Both the position numbers and the translations under genes were made by a program. The notes below the pieces were generated by a model. That model did no database searches. It was given only the letters and a program-made list of their open reading frames with translations, and was not told the origin of the DNA. From IMG/VR virus record IMGVR_UViG_3300017911_002158, positions 32,303 to 96,302 of that record: a DNA stretch of 64,000 bases. One strand, 5' to 3'. The DNA comes from a virus. Its lineage: Duplodnaviria > Caudoviricetes. This document shows, in pieces, positions 40,600 to 50,330 of the stretch; within the stretch, counting starts at the first letter, position 1, and each line of letters opens with the position of its first letter.

Positions 40600-40792
40600 A
40601 TTGGCACAAAAAGTGTTTTACCCCCACAATCATACTACTAATATAATTATGTACCACCTAAACAAACCCATTCGGACTTTGTAAGATAGTCAGCAAAATT
40701 AGTGGCCATTTGGAAAAATTAAAGAATGTACTTGACAGGTGACGATATGTATTGTATACTGGGATGAGTAAGACGAAACCCTAAAGGAGAAA

Positions 40793-41017
40793 ATGATGAT
40801 CGCTGCTTACAACCGTCGCCCCATGTCCGTATCCTGCTGCCACTGTGGTGCAGAGCATAGTCTCATGGTAAATCCAGAAGATATTATTCGTTGGCAATCT
40901 GGCGAGTATATCCAAGATTGTATGGGATATTTGTCATCAGCAGAACGTGAACTTCTTATTAGTCAGACTTGTGATGATTGTTGGAAGAATATGTTCGGTA
41001 GTGATGAGGATGAATAA
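40793..41017 (+). CDS. Small zinc-binding hypothetical protein
   Basis: CCHCG...CDDCW; composite promoter at 40720-40760. Confidence 0.65.
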   Translation: MMIAAYNRRPMSVSCCHCGAEHSLMVNPEDIIRWQSGEYIQDCMGYLSSAERELLISQTCDDCWKNMFGSDEDE

Positions 41018-41182
41018 TGTATGACTATCAGTTCTTCTATGATATGAGGGATATATCTACTGAAGAAATTAAAGAACATAGGGACTTTGCTTCTGAATCG
41101 TGGCAATATGCAGACTATCAACAAAGATGCCATCTAAAGTGTCTGAAGGATAGTTGTGTTAGGGAACTTATAAGGAGAAAGA

Positions 41183-41581
41183 ATGAAATATCAAATTAGG
41201 TTCCACCTTGCTAGGGGTGAACATTATATGCACTGGCAAATTAAGGCTTATGATGGGTCTGTACAGTATATTAATCCTGCTAAACAAGATATCGAAATGA
41301 TTGGCTGTAAATTAGTCAATAAAATTGGTGCAGCAAAGAGGGTTAATAGTCGGGGTGTTAAGGATGTGTGTGGATGGATAGAGTGTGATAATTATTGGCC
41401 TAGATATATTGATGATATTCCTATCTATGGTTTAGAAAGATTGAGTTATAATCCTATTAGGGATATTCATTGGCGTAGGGCTAGTGATGATGGTGAATTC
41501 AGTTGGGATAATAGTGAGTATGATAGTCTAGTAACTAATGGATCAAGTGTCTATGTGCTAGAAGAAACCTGCTGCTCTTAA
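41183..41581 (+). CDS. Hypothetical protein
   Basis: AAGGAG RBS, 132 aa. Confidence 0.65.
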   Translation: MKYQIRFHLARGEHYMHWQIKAYDGSVQYINPAKQDIEMIGCKLVNKIGAAKRVNSRGVKDVCGWIECDNYWPRYIDDIPIYGLERLSYNPIRDIHWRRASDDGEFSWDNSEYDSLVTNGSSVYVLEETCCS

Positions 41582-41609
41582 ATACATATATAATAACCGT
41601 TCTCCTTTG

Positions 41610-41639
41610 GCCTCCGGGGTAAAATCCGGGGGCTTTTTT
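41610..41639 (+). terminator. Intrinsic terminator
   Basis: GCCTCCGG...CCGGGGGC plus T6. Confidence 0.8.
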
Positions 41640-43415
41640 ATTTGTATTACCTAATATATTAAGGTCGTGACAATGTGGACAGCCAGTAAAACTGGTCTAT
41701 TAAATTCATTATGTATTATCCAAACTAATCCTTTCGCCTGATAATAGATAGTCAGTCAAATCTTACGGTCAGTAGTATTGGTTAGGGATATACTATTGTA
41801 GCATGTAGTCTAGTAGAGTCAAGGGCCAGTATATTTATTATGCAGGAAAGAGTATTAGTATTACCCAAAGTAATAGGTGAACGCCAATATTAGATAGCCA
41901 GTAAAAATTAATAGTATAGTCTTATTGAACTCAAGCCCCCTAAATAACCTCTTAACCCCTCTGCATAACTAGTAGTCAGAATTCTAGAAAGTGTCAAGGT
42001 GAAAAAATTATAAAAAAATTCTAGACCATGAAACTTGCATCTTTAGGCCCAGTGGATACTATAGGTCAGGGAGTCAGTAGTAGTATGTGGTATGCGATTA
42101 AATTAGATAGTAGTATTGATTGTAAGAAAATTTGTACTAGTATACAAAAGAACCTGTTCGAGAAATTTCTCAAAGAAAATATCCCACTAGATGGTAAAAT
42201 TTTATATATGGAGATTAAAGACCCAGTAGATTCATCTGCACCAATAGAATCACTGGAACATAAAAAACCCAATATTATCGAGAGTTAATAAGGTTTTTAC
42301 TACTACTAGTATACAATATATCAAGGCCCAGTAAAGATTCTACCATATTTATTATCAAGACTATACATTAAATGAATATTTTTGCAATCTTTTGTAGAGA
42401 AATTCACCATATTTTATTCTTTTCTGCATAAAAATGCCCGTATTTCCCGTGTTTTTTTAATTTAGTCACTTATTTTGCGGCGACGAGGTAAAATCGGGAA
42501 TAAATATAAATCCCCACCAGAGAACTAGCAGTACCCTCTATTTCCCTATTGACTCTACTGTTACTGTTAGTTATACTAGTAGTAGGAAACTCTTAAAAAA
42601 TAGGGGAAAAATTATGTATAAGCCCATGCTTCTTACAGATCAAGAACTAAAATTACTACTAGAAATCATAGACTCTCATAAGGGTAATAATGGTCATAAT
42701 GCCACTAATATCCACCTAATTAAGCGTAGAATTACCCATTTGATTAATGCTAAAAAATAGGTAGAAAGTGTAATTAAGGAGAATTCCCCACTAATTAAAA
42801 AGAAATCAAACCTAATTGGGCAATAGTCCCACAGAAATCAAAATACGGTGCTTATATGTTCAATATAGTCTTATTGTGTATATGGTTATTGGTAAATTTA
42901 CTAATGATAGTATATGAGAGGAAAGCCTGTTATGAAAAAGACTATCATGGTTATGGCAACCATTACAATAGAAGGTGATGATCTCAATGCGGGATTTCTC
43001 AAGAGTATTTTGCAGAAGATAAGGAAGTGGTTTAAATACCAGCACAGGCTAGAGTCAGATACTTATATTGTTGCTAATGTGGAATTTAGTGATAGTTATA
43101 TTGAAATAGAAAGGTAGTCTAGTGGATATATTTGATATAGAAAGTCTAGTTTCTTATATAGAGGAAAATCACTATAATCCAATAGAAATGCTACCATCTT
43201 TTTCTACTAAAAAAATAGAAACCATATATAACAAAAATAACAAGTACAATGGTGAAGATGTAGTAGTTACGGATATTACTCTGGAAAATTCCGATATAAG
43301 AATTACTCTAAATGAAGGTGGTACTTGGTCAGTCGATTTCTGGAATAAATAGTAAAGTCTACCCTTGACTCAGGACGATAGTGGTGGTATACTGATAGGA
43401 ACCTTGGAGGAAACC

Positions 43416-43634
43416 ATGAGAATTGACCGGATTAAAGACGTAAACGATTATAGTAGTGCGGTAGCAGATTATCTTTGTGATGAATATGGGGATATGACCA
43501 AAGCACTACAAATTGACGATACCCAGCGTAATGTGGTTGGTAGTATTATCAACTATTGTTATGATCATGGTGATAGTGTGAGTAATGCGGGGAATTATCT
43601 TATTGAATTTATTAGGAAAACTAGTCATGAATGA
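43416..43634 (+). CDS. Small helical protein (paralog family with 48584 and 48778)
   Basis: Composite promoter at 43353-43393, GGAGG RBS. Confidence 0.6.
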   Translation: MRIDRIKDVNDYSSAVADYLCDEYGDMTKALQIDDTQRNVVGSIINYCYDHGDSVSNAGNYLIEFIRKTSHE

Positions 43635-44556
43635 AATTAGCAATCTTAAAAAGATCGAGTGGGTTCATTGGGTACTGGATGAACTATCTCAGGGAACCAC
43701 TATGGATAATGGTGAGATTGAACAGGCTAGGGATTTTATTGAAGATATTAGAGAACTCTTTATACCGGATATGAAATAAAATGAAGAAATATATTACAAT
43801 GCAGATCAGTTTTATTGCTCAATATGACGAAGATACAACTGATATTAACGAAGTATTGCATGATATGGATATTAAGATTAAAGATCAAACTGGTCAGGCT
43901 GATTTGTATGATCTTGATATTTTTGATTGGGAAATAAAGGAGGTGGAAGAATGAACTACTATATAGAAAAACATGATATGGAAATTATCTTGGATGCACT
44001 AGAAGCGTTACACCAAGATATGAAACACGCTGACGAGAGTGGCTATCCAGATATAAATGCTGGGCGTGGATATACTATTGATGATGTTGATGGACTATTT
44101 CAATCGCTAGATAATAGTGGCACATACTACGATGTATTAAAGGATAAGATATGATAATTGCAAGCGATAACTATCAAGCAGTAAAAGATGGTGATACTTG
44201 GACTGTTGAGAAAAATGGTCACAAAGTCACCCTGCCACTGTCGGATGGTGATAATATTGTAGCAGAATTTTCTAGCAGAGAAGAAGCAGACCGTTATATT
44301 GGTTATGTGGGAATGTTACTAGAACAAGGATATAAATAAACGGTGTATATTCTTCTTATTGAAGGAGAAAATATGCTTGATACAAATATAGAATTTAAAA
44401 TAAAAAAAAGTAATGATATCTACGCCATAGAGGTTTATAGATCAAATGCACAAGAAGATGGTACAAAATTCCTCTCCTATATAGATTCCTTCCATCCAAT
44501 GAATAATGTTGAATTATTAGTATTGAAAAATTTCCTACAGGAGTATCTCCATAATA

Positions 44557-44955
44557 ATGACTGGGATTAATATTCAGTCTCCTTGGTCAACTTTGCTAAT
44601 TAATGGAGATAAATGCGTAGAAACACGCAGTTATCCTCTACCAGAAAAATACGAAGGTGAAGAATTAGCCTTAATAGAAACTCCCGGTAAATATGGAGAC
44701 TTTAAGGCTAGGATTATTGGAACCATAACATTTAGTCACAGTTTCAAATATCCAGACAGGAAAGCATGGGAAGATGATCGAAACAGACACTCGATTTGTC
44801 CTAACAATAATATATTTGGATGGAATAAATGTAAAGATAAATATGGCTGGGTTGTTAGTAATGTCACAAAATTCGATGAACATCAACCAGCACCAAAAAA
44901 TAAAGGTATAATTTTTACACTAGATTGTAATATCTTAATTCCATCAGGTGTTTAA
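44557..44955 (+). CDS. ASCH domain protein
   Basis: GINIQSPWSTLLINGDKCVETRS. Confidence 0.85.
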   Translation: MTGINIQSPWSTLLINGDKCVETRSYPLPEKYEGEELALIETPGKYGDFKARIIGTITFSHSFKYPDRKAWEDDRNRHSICPNNNIFGWNKCKDKYGWVVSNVTKFDEHQPAPKNKGIIFTLDCNILIPSGV

Positions 44956-45265
44956 TATGTATGTGGTTATTTGTACAGACAACAAAATATTGGATATGTC
45001 TAATTTTAGTGGATATAAATGGTCTAATGTAGTATTCGGGCCTTTTGCTGAGAAATATGATGCGGAAGAATGGGTTGACAATCATTGTGGTAAACAATAC
45101 TGGAATATAGTAAAATTAAATGACACAACCACTCAGTAAGGAACTATTGCTGGAAAGAGGAAAATGTTGTGGTAATAAATGTTTGAATTGCCCATATCAC
45201 CCATGTTGGACAAAAGGTGTAACTGATATAATAAAAAATAAACCTAAAACCAATGGTACAAAAAA

Positions 45266-45700
45266 ATGAGAACTAACAAATACTTAGAAGCATTAAAAGC
45301 TATAGCAGACAAACCGGGACCAAAAGATCCAAGAAGAACTCCTGCACCCAAAAAGGATCAGAAAAAAGGAAGCAAAAGGAACAAACCAGATAGTGCTAAA
45401 GATGACAAAAGCAGCATTACTTTTAGTGCTAAAACTATTGAAAAGTTAAAAAATAAAGTTAGCGAACACAATAAAAAGGGTAAAGGAAGTAAAGCAACTC
45501 TAGGTATGCTAAAGGCAGTATACAGAAGGGGTGCTGGTGCTTACTCTACTTCTCATGCACCTAAAATGAGCAGAGATGGATGGGCTATGGCAAGAGTTAA
45601 TGCCTTTTTGACCTTACTAAGAACAGGTAGACCATCAAATTCTGGTTATAAACAAGATAACGACTTATTGCCTAAAGGACATCCTCGTAGTACAAAATAG
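45266..45700 (+). CDS. Basic hypothetical protein (VYRRGAGAY...WAMARVNAFL motif)
   Basis: 144 aa, Lys-rich; GGTGTA motif upstream. Confidence 0.65.
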   Translation: MRTNKYLEALKAIADKPGPKDPRRTPAPKKDQKKGSKRNKPDSAKDDKSSITFSAKTIEKLKNKVSEHNKKGKGSKATLGMLKAVYRRGAGAYSTSHAPKMSRDGWAMARVNAFLTLLRTGRPSNSGYKQDNDLLPKGHPRSTK

Positions 45701-45798
45701 TTAATTTTCTAAAAAACTAACATTTCTCAGACCAGTATATAGTGTATAAACTATATTGGTACTTTATTAGAGTTGTGTTAGCTTTTTGGAGAATTAAT

Positions 45799-46284
45799 AT
45801 GAATTACATTAGATGTATTGTCAGAACTTTGTTCTATTGCTCTTTATTAGTATTCTCTTGTGTTTCTTTATTATTAATTAATTACCCAGAATACTACGGT
45901 ATAAGATATTTTGTCGCAAAACAGTCTATTAAAAATATATTCTATCCAACCACTTTTGAAGAATTTAAACCAACATTAAAATACTATTCCTATGTTAAAT
46001 TAAGCAGATGGAACGATCATCATATAATAGATATTATTGAGGATGCTTTTGCTTTTGAGTATGAATACTGGTGCAAATATACTTATATTGACAAATACGG
46101 TAATCGTGGAATTAATATTGATAGAGTTATTCATAATTGGAAACCTTGGGAGTATCATTATTTAGAGCATGATAAAGACTATATTACTCCAGAACATAAT
46201 AGGGCTATGGTATTAAGGAAAGAGTGGATGGATAATTATAGGGACATGGAAATAGAACAGCATAGGCGATATCAAATCGACTAA
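45799..46284 (+). CDS. Membrane-anchored WKPWEY protein A
   Basis: N-terminal TM segment; paralog of 49523-50080. Confidence 0.6.
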   Translation: MNYIRCIVRTLFYCSLLVFSCVSLLLINYPEYYGIRYFVAKQSIKNIFYPTTFEEFKPTLKYYSYVKLSRWNDHHIIDIIEDAFAFEYEYWCKYTYIDKYGNRGINIDRVIHNWKPWEYHYLEHDKDYITPEHNRAMVLRKEWMDNYRDMEIEQHRRYQID

Positions 46285-46542
46285 AGTTTTCTCTTGACTC
46301 CAGCCGATAAGGGTAGTATAATGGACAGTCTCACTACCCTAGTGTTGTTCATTTTGGTCTACACTTTACTTTGGCTTACGGATTTTAGCGATGAAATATA
46401 ATATTGGAGATGAAGTCTATTGGAATGATCCAGACGACAACATTCTTTCTGGGTATTATATTATTAAAGCAGTATCTTGCTATCTTCCTGTTGTTTATGT
46501 AATTGGTGAAGGAACAGAAGTTTTTGAGTGGGAGTTATCGTA

Positions 46543-47130
46543 ATGGAAAATTCTAATGTTGTAATCCCGACAGAAATTACCAACTATACTAGAACAGATT
46601 ATGAGTTGGAAGTCTTTTGGTTGTTTTGTATCCTTGTTGCTGGTAAAAATAGTGATACAACCAGCAGGGTATTAGCAAAATTTTTGAATGAATTACCAGA
46701 AGATCAAACTCCGTTTGAAGGTATTAGAGAATTAGGTGAGGATGGATTACATAATCTTCTTGTCAGTCATAGGGTTGGGCAGTATAATAGGATAACAAAA
46801 GCAATATGGCAGAGTCTTGATTTAGACCTACGCAATTGCACCCGTGATGATTTGATGAATATTTACGGAGTTAGTCATAAAACTAGCAGGTTTTTCTTAC
46901 TGCATAGTAGAGAATTTTGTGAAGAAATTGTCTTAGATACACACATTTTACGATGGATGAAAGATCATTGTCATATAGTCGGAGTGCCAGATAATACTCC
47001 ACAGAATAAAGACAAATATGAATATTTAGCCAGTTTATGTCGAGACTTAATGCAAAATTATTATCCCGGTATGAATTTGGCTCAGGTAGATTTGCTCATC
47101 TGGACTATGATGAGTGGAAGGTTGGATTAG
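46543..47130 (+). CDS. HhH-superfamily DNA glycosylase-like protein
   Basis: LFCILVAG, LMNIYGVSHKTSRFFL (HhH), VLDTHILRW, VDLLIW. Confidence 0.75.
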   Translation: MENSNVVIPTEITNYTRTDYELEVFWLFCILVAGKNSDTTSRVLAKFLNELPEDQTPFEGIRELGEDGLHNLLVSHRVGQYNRITKAIWQSLDLDLRNCTRDDLMNIYGVSHKTSRFFLLHSREFCEEIVLDTHILRWMKDHCHIVGVPDNTPQNKDKYEYLASLCRDLMQNYYPGMNLAQVDLLIWTMMSGRLD

Positions 47131-47162
47131 TTTTACTTTTAACAGAAAGAAGATGATAAGAT

Positions 47163-47327
47163 ATGGGTAATAAGAGTTATTTTCTCGTTGCTGCTTTTGC
47201 TAGTTTTTGCTTGAGCGTAGGAGTATGGTTTCTTGGCACAGCAGATGTTGCTAAGGAACAAGGAATCTTTATTGGATTGTGGGTTCCTAGTATTCTTGGT
47301 TTAGGGAGTTATTTTAATAATGAGTGA
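47163..47327 (+). CDS. Two-TM microprotein (GIFIGLWVPSIL)
   Basis: Translated by hand, 54 aa, hydrophobic. Confidence 0.55.
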   Translation: MGNKSYFLVAAFASFCLSVGVWFLGTADVAKEQGIFIGLWVPSILGLGSYFNNE

Positions 47328-47466
47328 TTTCGCAATTTTTGTTTGCGGAGTAGTGATTACCCTCATCGCTGGGATGGGGGTAATTACTTCTCAAGTGTTT
47401 TTGGGGTATAAAAAGTTTATGGAGCAAGAAAAGGATGAGCCAGAACCAAACCCAGAAACTATTTAA
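47320..47466 (+). CDS. Single-TM microprotein
   Basis: Translated by hand, 48 aa, abuts both neighbours. Confidence 0.5.
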   Translation: MSDFAIFVCGVVITLIAGMGVITSQVFLGYKKFMEQEKDEPEPNPETI

Positions 47467-48135
47467 ATGAATGATGCAATTATAATCAGTGATACTCATT
47501 TAGGAAGCGATGTTTGCGAAGTTAAGCAACTTCATGCTTTTTTAGAGTTAGCTTGGAATAAAACAAACAAGATTATAATTAACGGTGATTTTTTTGATAA
47601 TCTAGATTTTAGAAGATTAAAGAAAAGTCATTGGAAAGTATTGTCTTTATTGCGTCGAATGAGCAAATATGTTGATATTGTTTGGATAAGAGGAAACCAT
47701 GACGGCGATGCAGAGATTATCTCTCACTTAATAGGATTAGACTTTAAAGATGAGTATATTTTTACCAGCGGAGATAAAAGTATTCTTTGCCTTCATGGCG
47801 ATAGGTTTGATGATTTTATTTATAAGTATCCTAAAACAACAAAGATAGCAGATTTAATTTATAGAACTATCCAAAGAGTGGACAAGAGATTCTTACCTAA
47901 ATTTATTAAGCAAAGATCAAAAATCTATCTTAGATGTAATGAGAATATGATTAATAGTTCCAGAAAATACGCAAAGGAAAAAGGTGTTGACATAGTTTGT
48001 CTTGGGCATACTCACTATCCTACTATTGACAAAAATGATAGCGTATGGTACTATAACAGTGGTTGCTGGACAGAGAAGCATTGTTCTTATCTAGCCATTA
48101 AAGATGGCGTTGTTGAACTAGAGTATTTTAAATGA
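47467..48135 (+). CDS. Metallophosphoesterase, LpxH/UDP-2,3-diacylglucosamine hydrolase-like
   Basis: ISDTHLG, NGDFFD, GNHD, HGD.FD, GHTH, NSGCW. Confidence 0.82.
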   Translation: MNDAIIISDTHLGSDVCEVKQLHAFLELAWNKTNKIIINGDFFDNLDFRRLKKSHWKVLSLLRRMSKYVDIVWIRGNHDGDAEIISHLIGLDFKDEYIFTSGDKSILCLHGDRFDDFIYKYPKTTKIADLIYRTIQRVDKRFLPKFIKQRSKIYLRCNENMINSSRKYAKEKGVDIVCLGHTHYPTIDKNDSVWYYNSGCWTEKHCSYLAIKDGVVELEYFK

Positions 48136-48353
48136 ACGAAGAATTACCAGACGTTGAACCACCTTGGTTCAGTATGCCAACAGAAGGTGAATATAGTGAT
48201 GATCTTGAAGATGGTACTCCTTACGATATAGGGTACAAAGTAGACGAGGCTTATATGGAATAGCAAAACATTCAAGATTAGCCTTGACAATCCCGATAAC
48301 TATGGTATAATGAATTGCTGACAGCACATCAAAATCTTCACTAGGACTATAGA

Positions 48354-48587
48354 ATGAAAGACCGATTTGATCTTGAAAACGAAATTATGCGAACGGCTAA
48401 TTATGCTGATGATCTCCGCACTATTACAGAAAATATGATTAATGATTCTGTAGACGGTAATGTAAATGTTGATAAGTATTTTAATGCCATAGAAGGAGTT
48501 TCGTGTTTAATTGAAATGCATAGCAATAAAATGTTCGATACTATGAGCCAGTGTTTTAAACTTGATAACTATAAGGAGTCAGTATGA
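48354..48587 (+). CDS. Hypothetical protein
   Basis: Composite promoter at 48272-48311. Confidence 0.6.
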   Translation: MKDRFDLENEIMRTANYADDLRTITENMINDSVDGNVNVDKYFNAIEGVSCLIEMHSNKMFDTMSQCFKLDNYKESV

Positions 48588-49522
48588 CAGATACTATTGA
48601 TTTTAATACCGAAGTTCTTGCTTTCGTTGAAAAAACTTATGGACAAAAGGTAGCCAAAAAAATTGTTCTTAAAAAGAATAGCGAAGTTGTTGATAGAATT
48701 CTACTAGATTCTAAGAATAAGAGTTATAGTGCAGAGAAAACGGGAAATAAACTAATCGCTATGCTAAGGATCAACCCGTGAAAAAGAAAAGCAATAAAGA
48801 ATTGAGAGAGGCTAAAATCCGAGCGATGCAGCATATGTTCTATGAAGATGTGTGCATTTATATGATGGAAGAATATAGTCCTCGTACTTGCAGATTATTT
48901 TTCGATAGTCCTATCGCTGGTGATATTGTTGATCTGGTTAATGAATACTTTTGGGGAGGTAATACCGTACAATTTACCGCTGGACAAGTTGCCGACCTAT
49001 TAAAAAGCAAATACCCTAAAAAGAAATGACAGAACTTTTTATCACAATAGCACTTATTTTAGCAATAGAAATAGGATTTCACGCATATTTTAGTAGGCAT
49101 GACAGATGAATATTACAGAACAAATATTACAGAAACAAATTGCTCAAATAGTTAAACTATGTAATGAAAAAATTTACGATCAAAAACAACATGAGGCATC
49201 TGCCGGATATGGAGAAGATTATACTGATGGTAGAATAGTAGGGGCTGCTGCATTAGCTAGAAGAATATTATCCGTAGTTAGAGGAAAATAATGTTAAAAC
49301 CTCAATATATTGTAACAATATCATCCGCCTATAAAGGATTTGTTGAAGAAAAAATGGTTTTCGGCCCATTTGACAGCATAGAAGATATCAGAGAGTGGCT
49401 AAAAGATAAATACAACAATAGTAAATATATAATAGACATTAATCCACTTAATCAACCACACAAATGAAAGGTGTATAGTATGGGTATCCTGCCTTAAAAT
49501 CCCACCAACATAAGGAACTATT

Positions 49523-50080
49523 ATGATACTCATAACTGTAGCAAGAACACTATTTTATCAGTTTTTTCTTTTATTTATAGGAATTTCAATAGGATTTATT
49601 TGTAACGCAGAATGGATCGGGTGGAAATCAAATCTAATAACAAGATCGTATACAAATATATTCAATCCTGTAGAATTTGATGAACAAATCTGCCAAAAGG
49701 TTAAAAACTGGGGAGCGACTAGAATTTGGGCAGAACTTGGCAGGCCCAAAAATTTTGAAGTAATTGAGGACGCTATTGCAGCAGAAGAATTTTATATCGG
49801 TAAATTTAAATATACAGACATAGAAACTGGACAAACTAAAACAGAGATATTATCATACAGAGTAAGATGGAAGCCTTGGGAATATTATTGGGAAAACCCA
49901 CAACCATCAACAGATGAAGAACTTTGGGACTATATTGAAAATGGAACCTTAAACAGTAAAGAAACAGATAAGGCTTTAAGACTAAGACAAGAAAAATTAC
50001 TACAACAAAGGAAAGAGAAAAAAGATGAAAAGAAAAATGGTAGTGCTGGGCCTCGCGTTTATGCTGGGCTTGTGTTGTAA
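49523..50080 (+). CDS. Membrane-anchored WKPWEY protein B
   Basis: N-terminal TM segment; paralog of 45799-46284. Confidence 0.65.
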   Translation: MILITVARTLFYQFFLLFIGISIGFICNAEWIGWKSNLITRSYTNIFNPVEFDEQICQKVKNWGATRIWAELGRPKNFEVIEDAIAAEEFYIGKFKYTDIETGQTKTEILSYRVRWKPWEYYWENPQPSTDEELWDYIENGTLNSKETDKALRLRQEKLLQQRKEKKDEKKNGSAGPRVYAGLVL

Positions 50081-50330
50081 AATTTCATATGGAGATAATT
50101 ACTATTATTATTCGCCTCCACCTACAATTAACTATCCTATAGTTCAATTCCCAATTAATCCCTATAGAACCTATTCAACATATTATATTCCAAGAATTAG
50201 ATATGAATGGATTCCTGTTTATAAGCAAGTATTAATTAAGAAAGAAAGACTATACGGATTTTCTTGGTTAAGACAACCAGAATATCAAACTATTATCGAA
50301 TGGCAATTTGTTCCAGTTACTAGATATTAA
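50025..50330 (+). CDS. Secreted Tyr/Pro-rich protein
   Basis: Signal-peptide-like N-terminus, YYYYSPPP. Confidence 0.5.
   Translation: MKRKMVVLGLAFMLGLCCKISYGDNYYYYSPPPTINYPIVQFPINPYRTYSTYYIPRIRYEWIPVYKQVLIKKERLYGFSWLRQPEYQTIIEWQFVPVTRY

Noticed and set aside
39457-40620. TGGCAT/TGGCAC at about 39457 and 40602 as sigma54 promoters
   Set aside because: No TTGC -12 element at the required spacing
30764-41910. Repeated early-region motifs as a CRISPR array or integron attC sites
   Set aside because: Repeats are degenerate and separated by whole genes, with no constant-length spacers, cas genes, integrase or attC core pattern
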